IMG/VR virus record: IMGVR_UViG_3300019472_000035
Span: 1 to 64,000 of that record
Origin: a virus
DNA length: 64,000 bases
Reading direction: 5' to 3' (one strand)
Below the pieces are notes generated by a model. It worked only from the letters and a program-made list of their open reading frames with translations, ran no database searches and was not told where the DNA came from. The translations under genes and the position numbers were made by a program. Numbering within the stretch: position 1 is the stretch's first letter; every line of letters starts with the position of its first letter. Shown here piece after piece: positions 1 to 10,690 of the stretch.

Positions 1-459
1 CCCTCATAGCCAATATATCGACAAACATAAATATAAACACATGAGCATACATTCATATAATAAACCACGATACAAACAATTGTAAATGATAATGGTTGAG
101 AATGAATGTTACCCTTTGGGTATTCTATTACATTGCATCATTAGTTGCTATTGGTTGCCCCTAGTGTTATGTACTAATGTTATAGGCTTATGCAGTCCAA
201 TCATAGGGGACTACATACATCGAAAAATTTAGAAATTCCAAAAGGGATAACCATTATCAACTGGTGGCGGTTATATAACGACAAACCCAAGACCACCAAA
301 TTTAAACCCAAGCTACACATATGCACATACCCATGCTGCATACCCCAATATAAACAATGGTCTATACCAATGTTTCAATCTTTTGTTCTATACATAACCA
401 CTATAAACATAGGTTGTATCTATATGTTTTCAAACCATACATATCAATACATATGTATT

Positions 460-980
460 ATGCAATTGGATATACAATCGTTATCTACAATCGTTGATTA
501 CAATTGAGATACATATGTTACATACATAATCCGTTATATGTTTGAAAACAATTGAGTATCCAATCGACTGTATAATCGTTTAAAACGATTGGTTAAAATT
601 TATGTATAAAATTTTTTATGGAAAACATATGTGTTAGACATATGAGGTAAAACGTATATTACTTACCCTAGTAAAATGCATTTGAGATTATAAATGTTTG
701 ATGCTATATGGACATACATATACTGTTCTGTTTTAACAATCGTTAGTTACAATCAGTTTAATAGAAGTATGTTATAATATGTTTGTGATACGTTTATTAC
801 GCCATTTAAAAAATGGCAATCATCTCCATAGAGAGATGATTTACTATGTTCTTGATAGTCGGTTACATAAGATGGAAAAATACCAAACACAAACCGTTTA
901 CCGCCCTATGCGGAACACTATAGGGACGTACTTATGGCTGGCTTGGCGATGTATACAATCGTTGACTGACAATCGCTGCA
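460..980. repeat. Array of at least 7 copies of ACAATCG(T/C)T-type repeats, including a tandem pair at 472-494 and the palindrome AATCGTTTAAAACGATT at about 577-593
   Basis: Direct reading: tacaatcgtt at 472 and 485, acaatcgtt at 737, tacaatcgtt at 955, tgacaatcgctg at 966, and related ccaatcgac and ataatcgtt. Lies in an AT-rich noncoding region adjacent to the recombinase gene. Confidence 0.6.
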
Positions 981-1267
981 CAACGCCAGAAATCACATAA
1001 GACAAGCATTTGAACCCCATTAGGGTTCGCAGCGTGGTAAACTTGTGTGAACATAAAAATAAGCCATAATTGACACCGCTGGTGGCATCAAAAATGACCC
1101 TATGAATGGCATATGTAATTTTCCATAGTTACACTAATGAGTAAAAACTTACGCATATCTTCTAAAAAATTTTTTATGGCGTTCAACCTAGGTGGTTACT
1201 GGGTTTATGACGTAACGGAGAATGATTATTACTTCCGATAATTGAAAAATATCGTAACTTACCATAA

Positions 1268-1290
1268 CTTTTTGACACTATATATGAGGG
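1268..1290 (+). promoter_or_regulatory. Copy 1 of the conserved 23-mer TTTTTGACACTATAT(A/G)TGAGGGG (second copy at 17143-17165)
   Basis: Two near-identical copies (1 mismatch). One is in the junction region and one sits between the tape-measure and tail-tip genes. Candidate late promoter or operator. Confidence 0.4.
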
Positions 1291-1562
1291 GTTCCCAAAT
1301 TGGGTACTTAAGTTTGAAACCCAAAAACAACAACAAGAAAAACATAACAACCGTTGATAGTCCAAACTGTTTAACCGACTTTGAGAAAAACTTAAGCCGT
1401 AAGGCTTATGACGAAGTCATGAAAAACAAGTTTGAAACATACAGAATAGTAAACATAAGTTTTAAAACATATAAGATTTCTCTATCGAGAAATAATACTT
1501 CGTATTGATTATGTTTGTCGCTTATGCTTTAAGACACAAACCGTATAACAAACCATATGCAA

Positions 1563-1640
1563 CAAAGGGCATACATAAGTATTAAACATATATCACTCAT
1601 ATGTTGACACTTATGTATGCCCTTTGTTTTTCGTTTGTAT
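1563..1640. terminator. Bidirectional rho-independent terminator (17-bp stem AAAGGGCATACATAAGT / ACTTATGTATGCCCTTT followed by a T-run)
   Basis: Perfect long inverted repeat followed by ctttgtttttcg on + and T-rich on -. Sits immediately 3' of the minus-strand gene ending at 1642. Confidence 0.7.
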
Positions 1641-1641
1641 T

Positions 1642-1887
1642 CTATTTTAATAATTCTTCTTCTGAACCACGTTTGGGATATACATCCGTAATCTTACCAC
1701 CGATGCACCAGAAGATGATTGCTAAGACAAAGAAACCAAAGAATACGGAATATTCGTCATGAATGGCACTGGCGATACCAAGACCAAAGGATGCACTACC
1801 AATCCATTTGAATAACATACCGACAAAATGTGCCGATGTAAAATATCCGATGATTAATGTCAGACCAACCATTGCAAAAATAAACAT
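1642..1887 (-). CDS. Small integral membrane protein (2-3 TM helices)
   Basis: 81-aa ORF, very hydrophobic, immediately downstream of the recombinase in the same orientation. Confidence 0.55.
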   Translation of the reverse strand: MFIFAMVGLTLIIGYFTSAHFVGMLFKWIGSASFGLGIASAIHDEYSVFFGFFVLAIIFWCIGGKITDVYPKRGSEEELLK

Positions 1888-1900
1888 ATGTTACCTCCTG

Positions 1901-2431
1901 TTATAAAGCCATGATGGCGTAAACTTTATTATTCAGTTCCTCGGTTGTAATCCCAAGATAACGCATTGTGATTGCTTCCGATGAATGATTAAAAACTTGC
2001 ATAAGGTATGCAATTGGCACACCCTTGCGATACGCATGGTATCCGAATGTTTTACGCATGGAATGTGTACCGATGTTTTCAAGACCGCATTTAACGGATG
2101 CTGCCTTGATTTTTCTCCATGCTTGGGTGGTCGTAATATGACCATCGCCAGAACGACTTGGGAACAACCAATGTTTGCAACGAGATGCGTACTCACACAA
2201 CATCTCATAAATTTCTTTTGACAATGCAAACCGTTTGAACTTGCCTGTTTTTTGTTCACGCAATTCCATCATTGGTTTGACATCATCTACGGTCAACCCT
2301 ACTAGGTCGCTAATGCGTAGACCAGAGTTGATACCCAATGTGAACAACATTTTGTCACGGTCGTTTGTCAATGCTTCACGCATTTCATTCACCTTATTAA
2401 TATCTCTGATTGGTTCTGTTACTGTTGCCAT
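1901..2431 (-). CDS. Short tyrosine site-specific recombinase (catalytic domain only, 176 aa)
   Basis: Motifs GLRISDL (box I Arg), HSMRKTFG (H-x-x-R) and HSSEAITMRYLG (His and catalytic Tyr), in the order typical of the phage-integrase/XerD C-terminal domain. Confidence 0.75.
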   Translation of the reverse strand: MATVTEPIRDINKVNEMREALTNDRDKMLFTLGINSGLRISDLVGLTVDDVKPMMELREQKTGKFKRFALSKEIYEMLCEYASRCKHWLFPSRSGDGHITTTQAWRKIKAASVKCGLENIGTHSMRKTFGYHAYRKGVPIAYLMQVFNHSSEAITMRYLGITTEELNNKVYAIMAL

Positions 2432-2539
2432 AATTTATTTCCTCCGTTTGTTTTCTATCTCTACATATAGAATACACCACTCATGGAAATATGTCAACAC
2501 TTTATTTTGTAATTTTTAAAAATATTTTGGAGGTTCTTT

Positions 2540-3148
2540 ATGGAAGAACTACAATTAAAACGAAAGAAGTCGTTCGAGAATCGGATTGATTTCTTTGGAT
2601 TGCAAGACTCTGTGACCGAACAGAGAAACGCTGGTAAGTCTTATGTTGCCATCGCACGAGCGTTAAACAAAGACAACCAGCAACACTTACAAGGGATTAT
2701 CATTACGCCTAAGATGGTTGGTGACTGGTGTCGGTCAAACCTTGTGGAAGAAAAAGTATCCAACAAGGAATACGAGGTTGTCAACACATACAATGAACAA
2801 AAGAATTTGTTGGAAATGGTTGAAACACAAATCGAAATGATTCAAGTATTTATTGATGATTTACAATGTCAACAAGCCGAGGGAACAATGTCGCCAGACA
2901 TCCTGTATAAACGCATGAAAGACCTAATGGGCGACCAAGAGAAATACTTTGGTCGTAAACAAGCGATTTTAAAAGATATGCAAGCAACGATGGAGAAAAT
3001 CTTTACGTTCCAAGCAATGAACTCTATTATTGTTGAAATCATGCGTATTATCACGGAAAAAGACCCTAAGTTGGCAGAACAAATCACTAAAGAAATGAAA
3101 ACAAATCAAATCTTATTGTCAAATTATGCAAAAATCCAACAAAATTAA
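2540..3148 (+). CDS. Putative terminase small subunit / DNA-binding packaging protein
   Basis: 202-aa ORF with a GGAGG RBS, immediately upstream of the large terminase. Assignment is positional plus an N-terminal HTH-like segment, with no strong motif. Confidence 0.4.
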   Translation: MEELQLKRKKSFENRIDFFGLQDSVTEQRNAGKSYVAIARALNKDNQQHLQGIIITPKMVGDWCRSNLVEEKVSNKEYEVVNTYNEQKNLLEMVETQIEMIQVFIDDLQCQQAEGTMSPDILYKRMKDLMGDQEKYFGRKQAILKDMQATMEKIFTFQAMNSIIVEIMRIITEKDPKLAEQITKEMKTNQILLSNYAKIQQN

Positions 3149-3234
3149 GAATATTTATCTGAATATTATAGAAAAACCTTAACTTTTTACTGGATTTTTT
3201 CACTATAAGTGAGAACAATTACCACTTAGGAGGT

Positions 3235-4920
3235 GTGTCCGTGGCTGAAAACATTTTGGACTCGCTATTGGGTGTGTCCGTGGCGAACACAGAGCCGTCA
3301 AGTGACACTCCATCTGATAAAGATATTGGTGCAACAGACTTGGAATATTTTGCCAAGACATATTTTCCGCATATCTTCTCAACGCCATTCTGTGAATTTC
3401 ATCACTCAATGTTCCGTGATGCGGAGAACATGATATTGCACTTTGACAATCTACACAATAAGTTCGTTCGTGCAGCACCACGAGGTCACGGCAAAAGCCG
3501 TATTATATCCGTTGTGTTTCCGATATGGCTAATTGTGTATGGTTATCGCAAGAACATACTGATTATTTCAGATACCTTTGAACAAGCCAAAGAGTTCATT
3601 CAAACAATCAAGGACGAACTAGAAGATAATGAACGCTTAAAAGCAGACTTTGGTCTGTTAAAGGGTGATAAAACATGGGCGAGCGATAAGATTGTCACCA
3701 AGAATAAAATACAAGTGTTTGCAAAATCAAGTGGTCAATCCTTGCGTGGTTCTTCATATAACAACATTCGTCCAGAAGTCGTAATCTTAGACGACTTAGA
3801 AAATGACGAAGCGGTGGAAACTGAAAATCAACGCAAGAAATTATACGATTGGTTCATGAAAGTATTAATGCCAATCGGTAACCCAAGAACTGTATTTTTG
3901 TATGTCGGTTCGGTTTTGCATTATGAGGCTTTGTTATACAAAGTATTGACCGACTCCAAGTTTAATAACTGGAATCGTGCCATATATAAAGCCGTGTATT
4001 CTTTTTCCAAAAGTCCACGATGGACTGTATGGGAAGAATTATTTAACGACTTGTCTGACCCAGATGCCGCACAACACGCATCCGATTATTTTAATGAACA
4101 CAAAGAAGAAATGATGGATGGCGTAGAGGTTATGTGGGAGGGTCGTAACTTTGGTCTGTTTGAACATTTAGATTGCTCGTTTGACGATAAGATGAAACTA
4201 TCTAGGGATAACTGGTATCAAGAACTCATGATTCTCAAAATGCAAGATGATGAAGCATTTAACTCCGAGTATCAAAATAATCCAATGACCGAAGCCAGTC
4301 GAATATTTAAAGAATCGTGGATTAAATCCAATTACTATGACGAAACAAATCTACCGCATATGAAACAAATTTATGCGGCGGTCGATGTGTCTATGGGTAA
4401 ATCACGAACATCTGACTATTCGGCAATCCTTATTGTTGGTCGTGGCGTTGACAATTATTTCTATGTACTGGAAGCAGATGTCGAACGTAGACCACCAGAT
4501 GCAATCATTAATGATATTCTCTTGTATCTCGACAAATACAACGGAAGATTGGACGGTTTTATTGTCGAAGAAAACGTATTCCAAGAGTTCTTTTCTAAGA
4601 CATTGCAACAAACCGCACTTGACATGGGTTTATATGTCAACTGGGTATCCGTTCGGTCTACTGCAAGTGACAACAAAGGTACACGCATCCGTTCGCTTGC
4701 TCCGAAGATTAAGCAAGGGTATATCAAGTTTAATAAAAACCATCGTATCTTGGAAAGTCAACTAAAGAACTTTCCTAAAGACCACGATGATGCACCAGAT
4801 TGCTTAGAACGATGTATTGCGAAGTTCTTAGAAAACTCTGCGACTATTGCAGTCGGTTCTATTGGCAGTCAGAACAAACGTAAAAACATTTTATCATTCA
4901 TGAAAGGTTGGAAACGATGA
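3235..4920 (+). CDS. terL: Terminase large subunit (ATPase + nuclease)
   Basis: Walker A-like PRGHGKSRI, Walker B VVILDDLEND, terminase_6-like C-terminal nuclease region. A GTG start at 3235 or 3241 after AGGAGG; the exact start is ambiguous. Confidence 0.85.
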   Translation: MSVAENILDSLLGVSVANTEPSSDTPSDKDIGATDLEYFAKTYFPHIFSTPFCEFHHSMFRDAENMILHFDNLHNKFVRAAPRGHGKSRIISVVFPIWLIVYGYRKNILIISDTFEQAKEFIQTIKDELEDNERLKADFGLLKGDKTWASDKIVTKNKIQVFAKSSGQSLRGSSYNNIRPEVVILDDLENDEAVETENQRKKLYDWFMKVLMPIGNPRTVFLYVGSVLHYEALLYKVLTDSKFNNWNRAIYKAVYSFSKSPRWTVWEELFNDLSDPDAAQHASDYFNEHKEEMMDGVEVMWEGRNFGLFEHLDCSFDDKMKLSRDNWYQELMILKMQDDEAFNSEYQNNPMTEASRIFKESWIKSNYYDETNLPHMKQIYAAVDVSMGKSRTSDYSAILIVGRGVDNYFYVLEADVERRPPDAIINDILLYLDKYNGRLDGFIVEENVFQEFFSKTLQQTALDMGLYVNWVSVRSTASDNKGTRIRSLAPKIKQGYIKFNKNHRILESQLKNFPKDHDDAPDCLERCIAKFLENSATIAVGSIGSQNKRKNILSFMKGWKR

Positions 4921-6224
4921 ATCTTAAACAACGAATCTTATCATGGATGAGTAAAACTATATTAAGAGATACGGTTGCCAATCTAAAGAATACTTGGTTG
5001 TCTTCTTTTAGATTCAACAATCGAGCAACCGAAACAAAACTTAGTGTAGAAGAACTACGGAATCTATCAAGAACACCGATTGTACGTTCTGCAATCAATC
5101 AAATCCGAGAGGGTATTCTTGCGTTGCCTTGGGAAGTGGTTTCCATTGATGGCAACGCAAATAAGAAACAAATCAAACAGGTTACACAGATTATTCAAAA
5201 TCCGAACCCTGTTGATGATTACAACGACTTCATTGGTAAGCTATTTGAAGACTTGATTGTCTTAGACCTTGCGTTCTTTGAACAAAAGGTGGTCAAGGGA
5301 TACAGACCTCTGTATTTATTTCCAATTGACACAGAAACAATCGAGGTAGCAACCAATTGGAGCGGTGACTTAAATCAACCACGATTCTTGCAATCCGTAA
5401 ATGGACATCAAGAGTGGTACAAGGTTGATAAAATCGCCATGTTACAACGCACGAAGTTGACATATGACGAGTTTGGCTTATCACCATTAGAGCAAGCATA
5501 TCGACATATCAAGTACTTAGCAGAAGTACAAGAGTATGCAAACGATATTTCTTCTAATGCGATGCCAAAGTATCTTGTTAACATGGGTGCATCCGCAAGT
5601 GAAGAAGAAATCGAAAAAATTCGGTTATACATTGCGAATGAAATCCAAGGTCAATCTGCGGTTGCAATCGTTGGGTCTGCACAATTGGATGCCAAACAGA
5701 TTTCACCGATTGGTGACGAAGCTGCATCCTTGAATTGGCAGAAAATGTTGTTACAAATCATTGCGACTTGTTTCAATATCCCTCCAGAACGCCTAGGTGT
5801 AGCGATTTCAAATGACCGTTCTACCTCATCTGAAAAAGATAATGAAATGTTGGAATATACGATTAAACCTTGGGCGAAGATTTTTGAACGAGCGTTTAAT
5901 AAATACGTGATTACACGTTTGGGTTATTCCGATAGTATTAAATTCCAATTCGTATTCACTCCAACCAAGGCACAACAGGCAGATGCCGTTGAACGTGTTC
6001 GTAAACTCGTTGATGGTAATATTATCACATTAAACGAAGCACGTCAAGAGTTAAATGGTGTCCTTGGTATCGAACTGAAAGATATTCCGTCTGGCGATTC
6101 GTTGCTGGAAGAATATAAATCATCTTTGATTCAAAAGCGTGTACAAGACGATGAACAAAAAACTGACACGACCGATGAAACGAAGAAATCTACAGAGAAA
6201 GGAGAAGCCGATGGAAAAACGTAA
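4908..6224 (+). CDS. Portal protein
   Basis: 438 aa directly after terL with an overlapping start. Acidic, Lys-rich C-terminus; position and size are typical of a portal. Confidence 0.7.
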   Translation: METMNLKQRILSWMSKTILRDTVANLKNTWLSSFRFNNRATETKLSVEELRNLSRTPIVRSAINQIREGILALPWEVVSIDGNANKKQIKQVTQIIQNPNPVDDYNDFIGKLFEDLIVLDLAFFEQKVVKGYRPLYLFPIDTETIEVATNWSGDLNQPRFLQSVNGHQEWYKVDKIAMLQRTKLTYDEFGLSPLEQAYRHIKYLAEVQEYANDISSNAMPKYLVNMGASASEEEIEKIRLYIANEIQGQSAVAIVGSAQLDAKQISPIGDEAASLNWQKMLLQIIATCFNIPPERLGVAISNDRSTSSEKDNEMLEYTIKPWAKIFERAFNKYVITRLGYSDSIKFQFVFTPTKAQQADAVERVRKLVDGNIITLNEARQELNGVLGIELKDIPSGDSLLEEYKSSLIQKRVQDDEQKTDTTDETKKSTEKGEADGKT

Positions 6225-7128
6225 AGTACAACTTAGTGCGAGTGCAATTAAGGTTATACTAGATAACCAACATACGAACTCCATGCGTTTTACTGGCACG
6301 TGTATGTTCCTGAATGAGCCGTCTGATTATATTCCCGGTGGTGTTGATAAACCTATAATGTTATCATCCGAGGTTGCAGAAACTTGTGCATCTACGATGA
6401 ACCTTATGGGTATCAATTGTGATTATGACCCTTGGTTATTCCCAGACGAAGTTATGATGGCACATGACCGTAGAAATAAAATTGGTGTGGTTGAAAAGTG
6501 TTGGGTTGACGGTAACGAACTTAAATTCACTGGTATTATCTACAAGAATGACTTTCCAGACGTTGCAGAGTTTATTAAAAAGACTGTAGACTCTCTAGGA
6601 TTCTCTGTGGAAGCCATTTCCAATATCCACGAGTTTGAAGACCATATTGAAATGGCGGATGTTGAATTCACTGGTGTTGCAATGTTGTTTAAAAACGCAG
6701 CTGCATACCAAAATACGTATATTGCAGAAATTGCCGCAAAGGCGAAAGGAAAACAACTAATGAACGAACAAGAAATTAAAGCCTTGGTTGATGAAGCCGT
6801 TAAAGCATCTATTGAAGCACAAGCACAAGCTAAAGCACAAGCGGAAGAAGCTAAAGCACTAAAAGATGCAAAAGCAGAAGTTGAACGCTTGACTGCTGAA
6901 TGTTCCGCTAAAGATGCATTGATTGTTGAAAAAGATGCAAAAATCGCAGAACTTGAAAAATCTGTTGAAACAAAAGATGCAGAAATCGAAGCTGGTAAAG
7001 CCGAAGCAGAAAAACAAACTGTAATTTCCGATGTTAAAAACTTGGAAACTAAGGCAAAACTAGAAGCTGGTAAATCTGACAAAGAATTTGATAACTTTGC
7101 AGATGGCATCGAAGCTATGTGTAAATAA
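6211..7128 (+). CDS. Scaffolding protein (possibly protease-scaffold fusion) with an Ala/Glu/Lys-rich coiled coil
   Basis: AGGAGA RBS then ATG at 6211. The C-terminal half is a long AEAKAK-type coiled coil typical of scaffolds. Lies between portal and capsid. Confidence 0.65.
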   Translation: MEKRKVQLSASAIKVILDNQHTNSMRFTGTCMFLNEPSDYIPGGVDKPIMLSSEVAETCASTMNLMGINCDYDPWLFPDEVMMAHDRRNKIGVVEKCWVDGNELKFTGIIYKNDFPDVAEFIKKTVDSLGFSVEAISNIHEFEDHIEMADVEFTGVAMLFKNAAAYQNTYIAEIAAKAKGKQLMNEQEIKALVDEAVKASIEAQAQAKAQAEEAKALKDAKAEVERLTAECSAKDALIVEKDAKIAELEKSVETKDAEIEAGKAEAEKQTVISDVKNLETKAKLEAGKSDKEFDNFADGIEAMCK

Positions 7129-7179
7129 TTACACATACTATTATTGTTGATTTGATTTTATATCATAGGAGAAATAACT

Positions 7180-8199
7180 GTGGCAGTAACAAAATCCAAA
7201 TTTATTACAGCAGCTGCCGTTGCTGATTATAACCAATCTCACTACATCGAGTTGCCTAAATTCCAAAACTTAATGGTTGACTTGTTAAACCGTAACGTAA
7301 CAATTCGTAATCGTATCACACCTGTGATGGCGACTGGGTATCCATCTCGTTATTGGGAACAAACTAAGATTGCACACAATGCGAAATTCGTAAATCCACG
7401 TACAGGCGACAACGGTAAATACGGTGTTGATACTTACGATGAAGATTACGGTCGTGTTGAAAAGGCAGTATACTTAAAGGCGATTACATCTGGTATTAAA
7501 TACTCTTTGTTTGATACAGAAGTTGTAGCACAACAAGGTGATGCCTTGGCAAAATCTTTGTTAAACAAAGACATGGAAGATATGATTGTGGACTTACTAC
7601 AAACATCCAACAAAGGTATCTGGACAGGTGCAGCAACCTCTGCCGATGATTCCACATCCGATGAATACTGTGGTTTGGCTACACAAATTACAGATGCAGT
7701 AACTGTGGCTAACCCTTATAGCTTTGCTACAGGTTCTGGTGATTTTGTAACAGATACAATTCGTACAAAGATGGCACAAAACTTGGCATCCACAAAATAC
7801 ATCGGTATGCCTACTGCAATCTACGCTAACCCATTGACAATCGACTACTTAAGCCGTGCAGAATTAAAACGCCCGGGATTTGCAGTCAACCAATCTGCGG
7901 ATAAAATGGACTTGGGGAATGGTTTCGTTGTAAATACCATCCGTACACAAGCTGGTTATTTACCATTAATTCCAGATAACTACATTCCATTTGACCCAAC
8001 AAACAAAAAACATACATTGTATGTTGTCAATGAAAAATTGATTGAACGTCATTACTTGACTAATGCAGAACCACGCATCTTCAAAATGGGTCTTACTAAA
8101 GGTCTATTGGACGAATACGTTGCAGTAATGTTCGATGCAATCGTTGCCAAAGGTGCTAGTGCTGGTGCCCACTTCAAGGTTGAATTTACTGAAGCGTAA
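7180..8199 (+). CDS. Major capsid protein
   Basis: 339 aa, GTG start after AGGAGAAATAACT, HK97-like position after the scaffold, followed by a terminator. Confidence 0.75.
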   Translation: MAVTKSKFITAAAVADYNQSHYIELPKFQNLMVDLLNRNVTIRNRITPVMATGYPSRYWEQTKIAHNAKFVNPRTGDNGKYGVDTYDEDYGRVEKAVYLKAITSGIKYSLFDTEVVAQQGDALAKSLLNKDMEDMIVDLLQTSNKGIWTGAATSADDSTSDEYCGLATQITDAVTVANPYSFATGSGDFVTDTIRTKMAQNLASTKYIGMPTAIYANPLTIDYLSRAELKRPGFAVNQSADKMDLGNGFVVNTIRTQAGYLPLIPDNYIPFDPTNKKHTLYVVNEKLIERHYLTNAEPRIFKMGLTKGLLDEYVAVMFDAIVAKGASAGAHFKVEFTEA

Positions 8200-8225
8200 T
8201 AATGCTTAATTCAAACGATTAATCA

Positions 8226-8250
8226 CAGGGGTGTCTTTTGACACCCCAAT
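8226..8250 (+). terminator. Hairpin GGGGTGTC tttt GACACCCC after the capsid gene
   Basis: Perfect 8-bp stem with a weak T tail. Likely a partial terminator or attenuator that raises the capsid mRNA level. Confidence 0.5.
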
Positions 8251-8273
8251 GTTTTAACCGAATGGAGATACAT

Positions 8274-8486
8274 ATGTTAGTAACATTAAAAGATAGTGAT
8301 GCCAAACGCATTTATCTGTGTGGTCGCATTATTGAAGCTGATAACGGTCGCTTTGAGGTGTCCGAGGAAGAATACGCTTTGAATGAAGCCGTATTAGAGC
8401 CTGTGGACAAAAAAGCTGGTAAAGTTATCAAACCAAAAACACAATCCGTTGTAGACGACACAGAAGATTCCGTCAAGGAATCCTAG
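8274..8486 (+). CDS. Small head protein (hypothetical)
   Basis: GGAGA RBS then ATG at 8274. Acidic 70-aa protein. Confidence 0.5.
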   Translation: MLVTLKDSDAKRIYLCGRIIEADNGRFEVSEEEYALNEAVLEPVDKKAGKVIKPKTQSVVDDTEDSVKES

Positions 8487-8493
8487 GAGAATT

Positions 8494-9063
8494 ATGGTTT
8501 ACTTAGATGCAGCAGAAATTGACGATTATTGTCAAATGATTCCAGTTGATGAAAGTCACGTTCAGTTTGCATCGACTATGATTGATGCCTACGTTGGAAC
8601 AAACAATGGACAATCGAAATTTACATCCAACGAAATCACCGAAATTGTCAAACCGAATCGCAAAGGCGTGTTGATTCTAAAGAATGACCCTGTGATTGAC
8701 ATTCTATCAATCCAAGCAATTCACACACGAGATATAAACGAAGACGGAGTTGAGATTGAACCGTACTTGTATGACTTTGATGGTAGCAAGTATGTATATC
8801 TATTGAATAACGTATCCGCCATGACATATTCTCAAATATTCTCGCATAACGCAAGATTTTATAAAGTCCGTTACAACTATGGATTCGCTGAAATTCCACG
8901 AGAAGTAAAAACGGCTTGTGCGATGCTTGCGATGAATATATCACAGGTTTCCACATTCACCGCCTTAAATTCAATGACAACTTTGGATGCACGATTTTCA
9001 TTAACTGACCCAAACTTATTTACAAACGAAATCAAATCATTGTTATCACGATACAGATTTTAA
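8494..9063 (+). CDS. Head-tail connector / head completion protein (hypothetical)
   Basis: Position between capsid and tail genes; no specific motif. Confidence 0.4.
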   Translation: MVYLDAAEIDDYCQMIPVDESHVQFASTMIDAYVGTNNGQSKFTSNEITEIVKPNRKGVLILKNDPVIDILSIQAIHTRDINEDGVEIEPYLYDFDGSKYVYLLNNVSAMTYSQIFSHNARFYKVRYNYGFAEIPREVKTACAMLAMNISQVSTFTALNSMTTLDARFSLTDPNLFTNEIKSLLSRYRF

Positions 9064-9075
9064 ACGGAGGTATAT

Positions 9076-9663
9076 ATGCGAGAAAAATATACACCAAAGT
9101 TTGACTGTACACGAATGTTCGCATCATGGCGTGAAACCATTAAATGCGATGGTAAAAAACCAGAGTTTGTGTTGTTTACGCGAATTGGTCGTGGTACAAA
9201 ACGGTTTCTTGTGAATAATGTTCGTTGGGGAAACCTTATGTCAGATTCCTCGTTGGAAGCTGGCGATATATGCGAACGTAGAAACGGTGATACGTTATTC
9301 TTGGTCGCAAAAACTAACTCATTCAATGGTGACAAGGGTGAGTTTTACACAACAAATACAATCGTAAATATCTATGGTATCGAAACCACAACAGACGAGT
9401 ATGGCAATACCAGTGGTACATCTACTATTATAAAAGTAAAAGACTTAAAGTGTGTATACGAAGATGTGTCCGCCAAGATGCACTTGTTCGATTATGGTTT
9501 GTTACCGACTACTACTAAAAGATTTATCCTACCGAAAGACACCAATGTTGCACTATTGGATAGAATCGAAATCAATGGACAGTTTTTACAAATTGATGTA
9601 ATAAATAAGTTCGATTTTGCACCGTTCTTATATGTGCAATGTTCACCAGACGAGCGTGGCTAA
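9076..9663 (+). CDS. Head-tail joining protein (hypothetical)
   Basis: GGAGG RBS; position only. Confidence 0.4.
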   Translation: MREKYTPKFDCTRMFASWRETIKCDGKKPEFVLFTRIGRGTKRFLVNNVRWGNLMSDSSLEAGDICERRNGDTLFLVAKTNSFNGDKGEFYTTNTIVNIYGIETTTDEYGNTSGTSTIIKVKDLKCVYEDVSAKMHLFDYGLLPTTTKRFILPKDTNVALLDRIEINGQFLQIDVINKFDFAPFLYVQCSPDERG

Positions 9664-9665
9664 CA

Positions 9666-10258
9666 TGAAGACAATGCAAGATGTAATCGCTAAGATATTA
9701 GAAGACCATTTAGATGTACTGACTGACCGTATCAAACAAATATGGGCGGTTGCAGACGAGGACATCTATACTGACCACCATATAATCCTTAGAAGATTCA
9801 CACCAAGCGTCAACATGGTTAGACTTGGCTTAGACATTACAGGTCTTGGGGCGTTCATCCTAGAATATGGCTCTGGTTCGTTCATGGTAACGAATACAAG
9901 TGCGGAACTTGGGGATTTTGGCAACCCAGACTTACCAGAATATATGGCATCATCTTGGTTTAACGATAATCGTTCATCGCACGGCAATGCAATCATGGGT
10001 CGTGACAAGGGAGAAACTGTACATTCACCAACGATGGGTGTACCAGATTATAAATCCAAAGGTCACTTCAAGGGTATTAACTTAGAAGAACCCATGAAGA
10101 AATCCAAGCTAAAACCTTTAGAACCAAAAGAACCGATGTTTGTTGTCGAAACAGAAATCGTTCATTGGTTGAAAGAATTGGATGAAGCTATTGACGATGC
10201 AGTATCTGATTATATCGAAACCCAACTAGATAATGCTTTTAAAGGAGTAATCGCATGA
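9666..10258 (+). CDS. Tail completion / neck protein (hypothetical)
   Basis: ATG at 9666 overlapping the previous stop (TAACATG); position only. Confidence 0.4.
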
Positions 10259-10674
10259 AGTATACGGTACAACTATTGGACGAACTGTGGAATATCTTGC
10301 GACAAGACGAAGAAATGGCTTCGTTATTACGCATAAAAGATACACAATCAATCCAAGAGTGGAACTCTAAGATTAGGCGTGGTCTTGCTGGTGCGGAACT
10401 CGTTGATGAAAAACAAGATATTTACATAATTATGTCATTCATTCCATCTGTTGGTAATACCAAGAATTGGATGGTCAACAAGAATTTACTGGAGTTTAGA
10501 ATCATCGGTCGTTCTAACAATAGAAAACTTGTGAATGATTTATATATATATTTGAATAAACTATTAAAGGAACATTATCAAGAAATGTCCATCTATACCG
10601 AGGGTTCATTCTCTACTGGTACGGCTGGCTTAATCGGTTATATGTTTCGTGTTAGACCTTTTACATGGTCGTAA
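10255..10674 (+). CDS. Tail-associated hypothetical protein
   Basis: ATGA overlap with the upstream gene; position only. Confidence 0.4.
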   Translation: MKYTVQLLDELWNILRQDEEMASLLRIKDTQSIQEWNSKIRRGLAGAELVDEKQDIYIIMSFIPSVGNTKNWMVNKNLLEFRIIGRSNNRKLVNDLYIYLNKLLKEHYQEMSIYTEGSFSTGTAGLIGYMFRVRPFTWS

Positions 10675-10690
10675 TCATAGGAGATAATTA

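Noticed and set aside
190-1508. Small + and - strand ORFs (190-507, 779-1000, 1183-1365, 1242-1508) in the AT-rich junction region
   Set aside because: No RBS, implausible low-complexity translations, overlapping the repeat arrays. Treated as noncoding.
3233-3433. 66-aa ORF overlapping the start of terL in another frame
   Set aside because: Alternative-frame artefact; terL has motif support.
6540-7136. 198-aa minus-strand ORF antisense to the scaffold gene
   Set aside because: Ala/Ser-rich low-complexity translation, mirror image of the AEAK coiled-coil coding region. No RBS. Compositional artefact.
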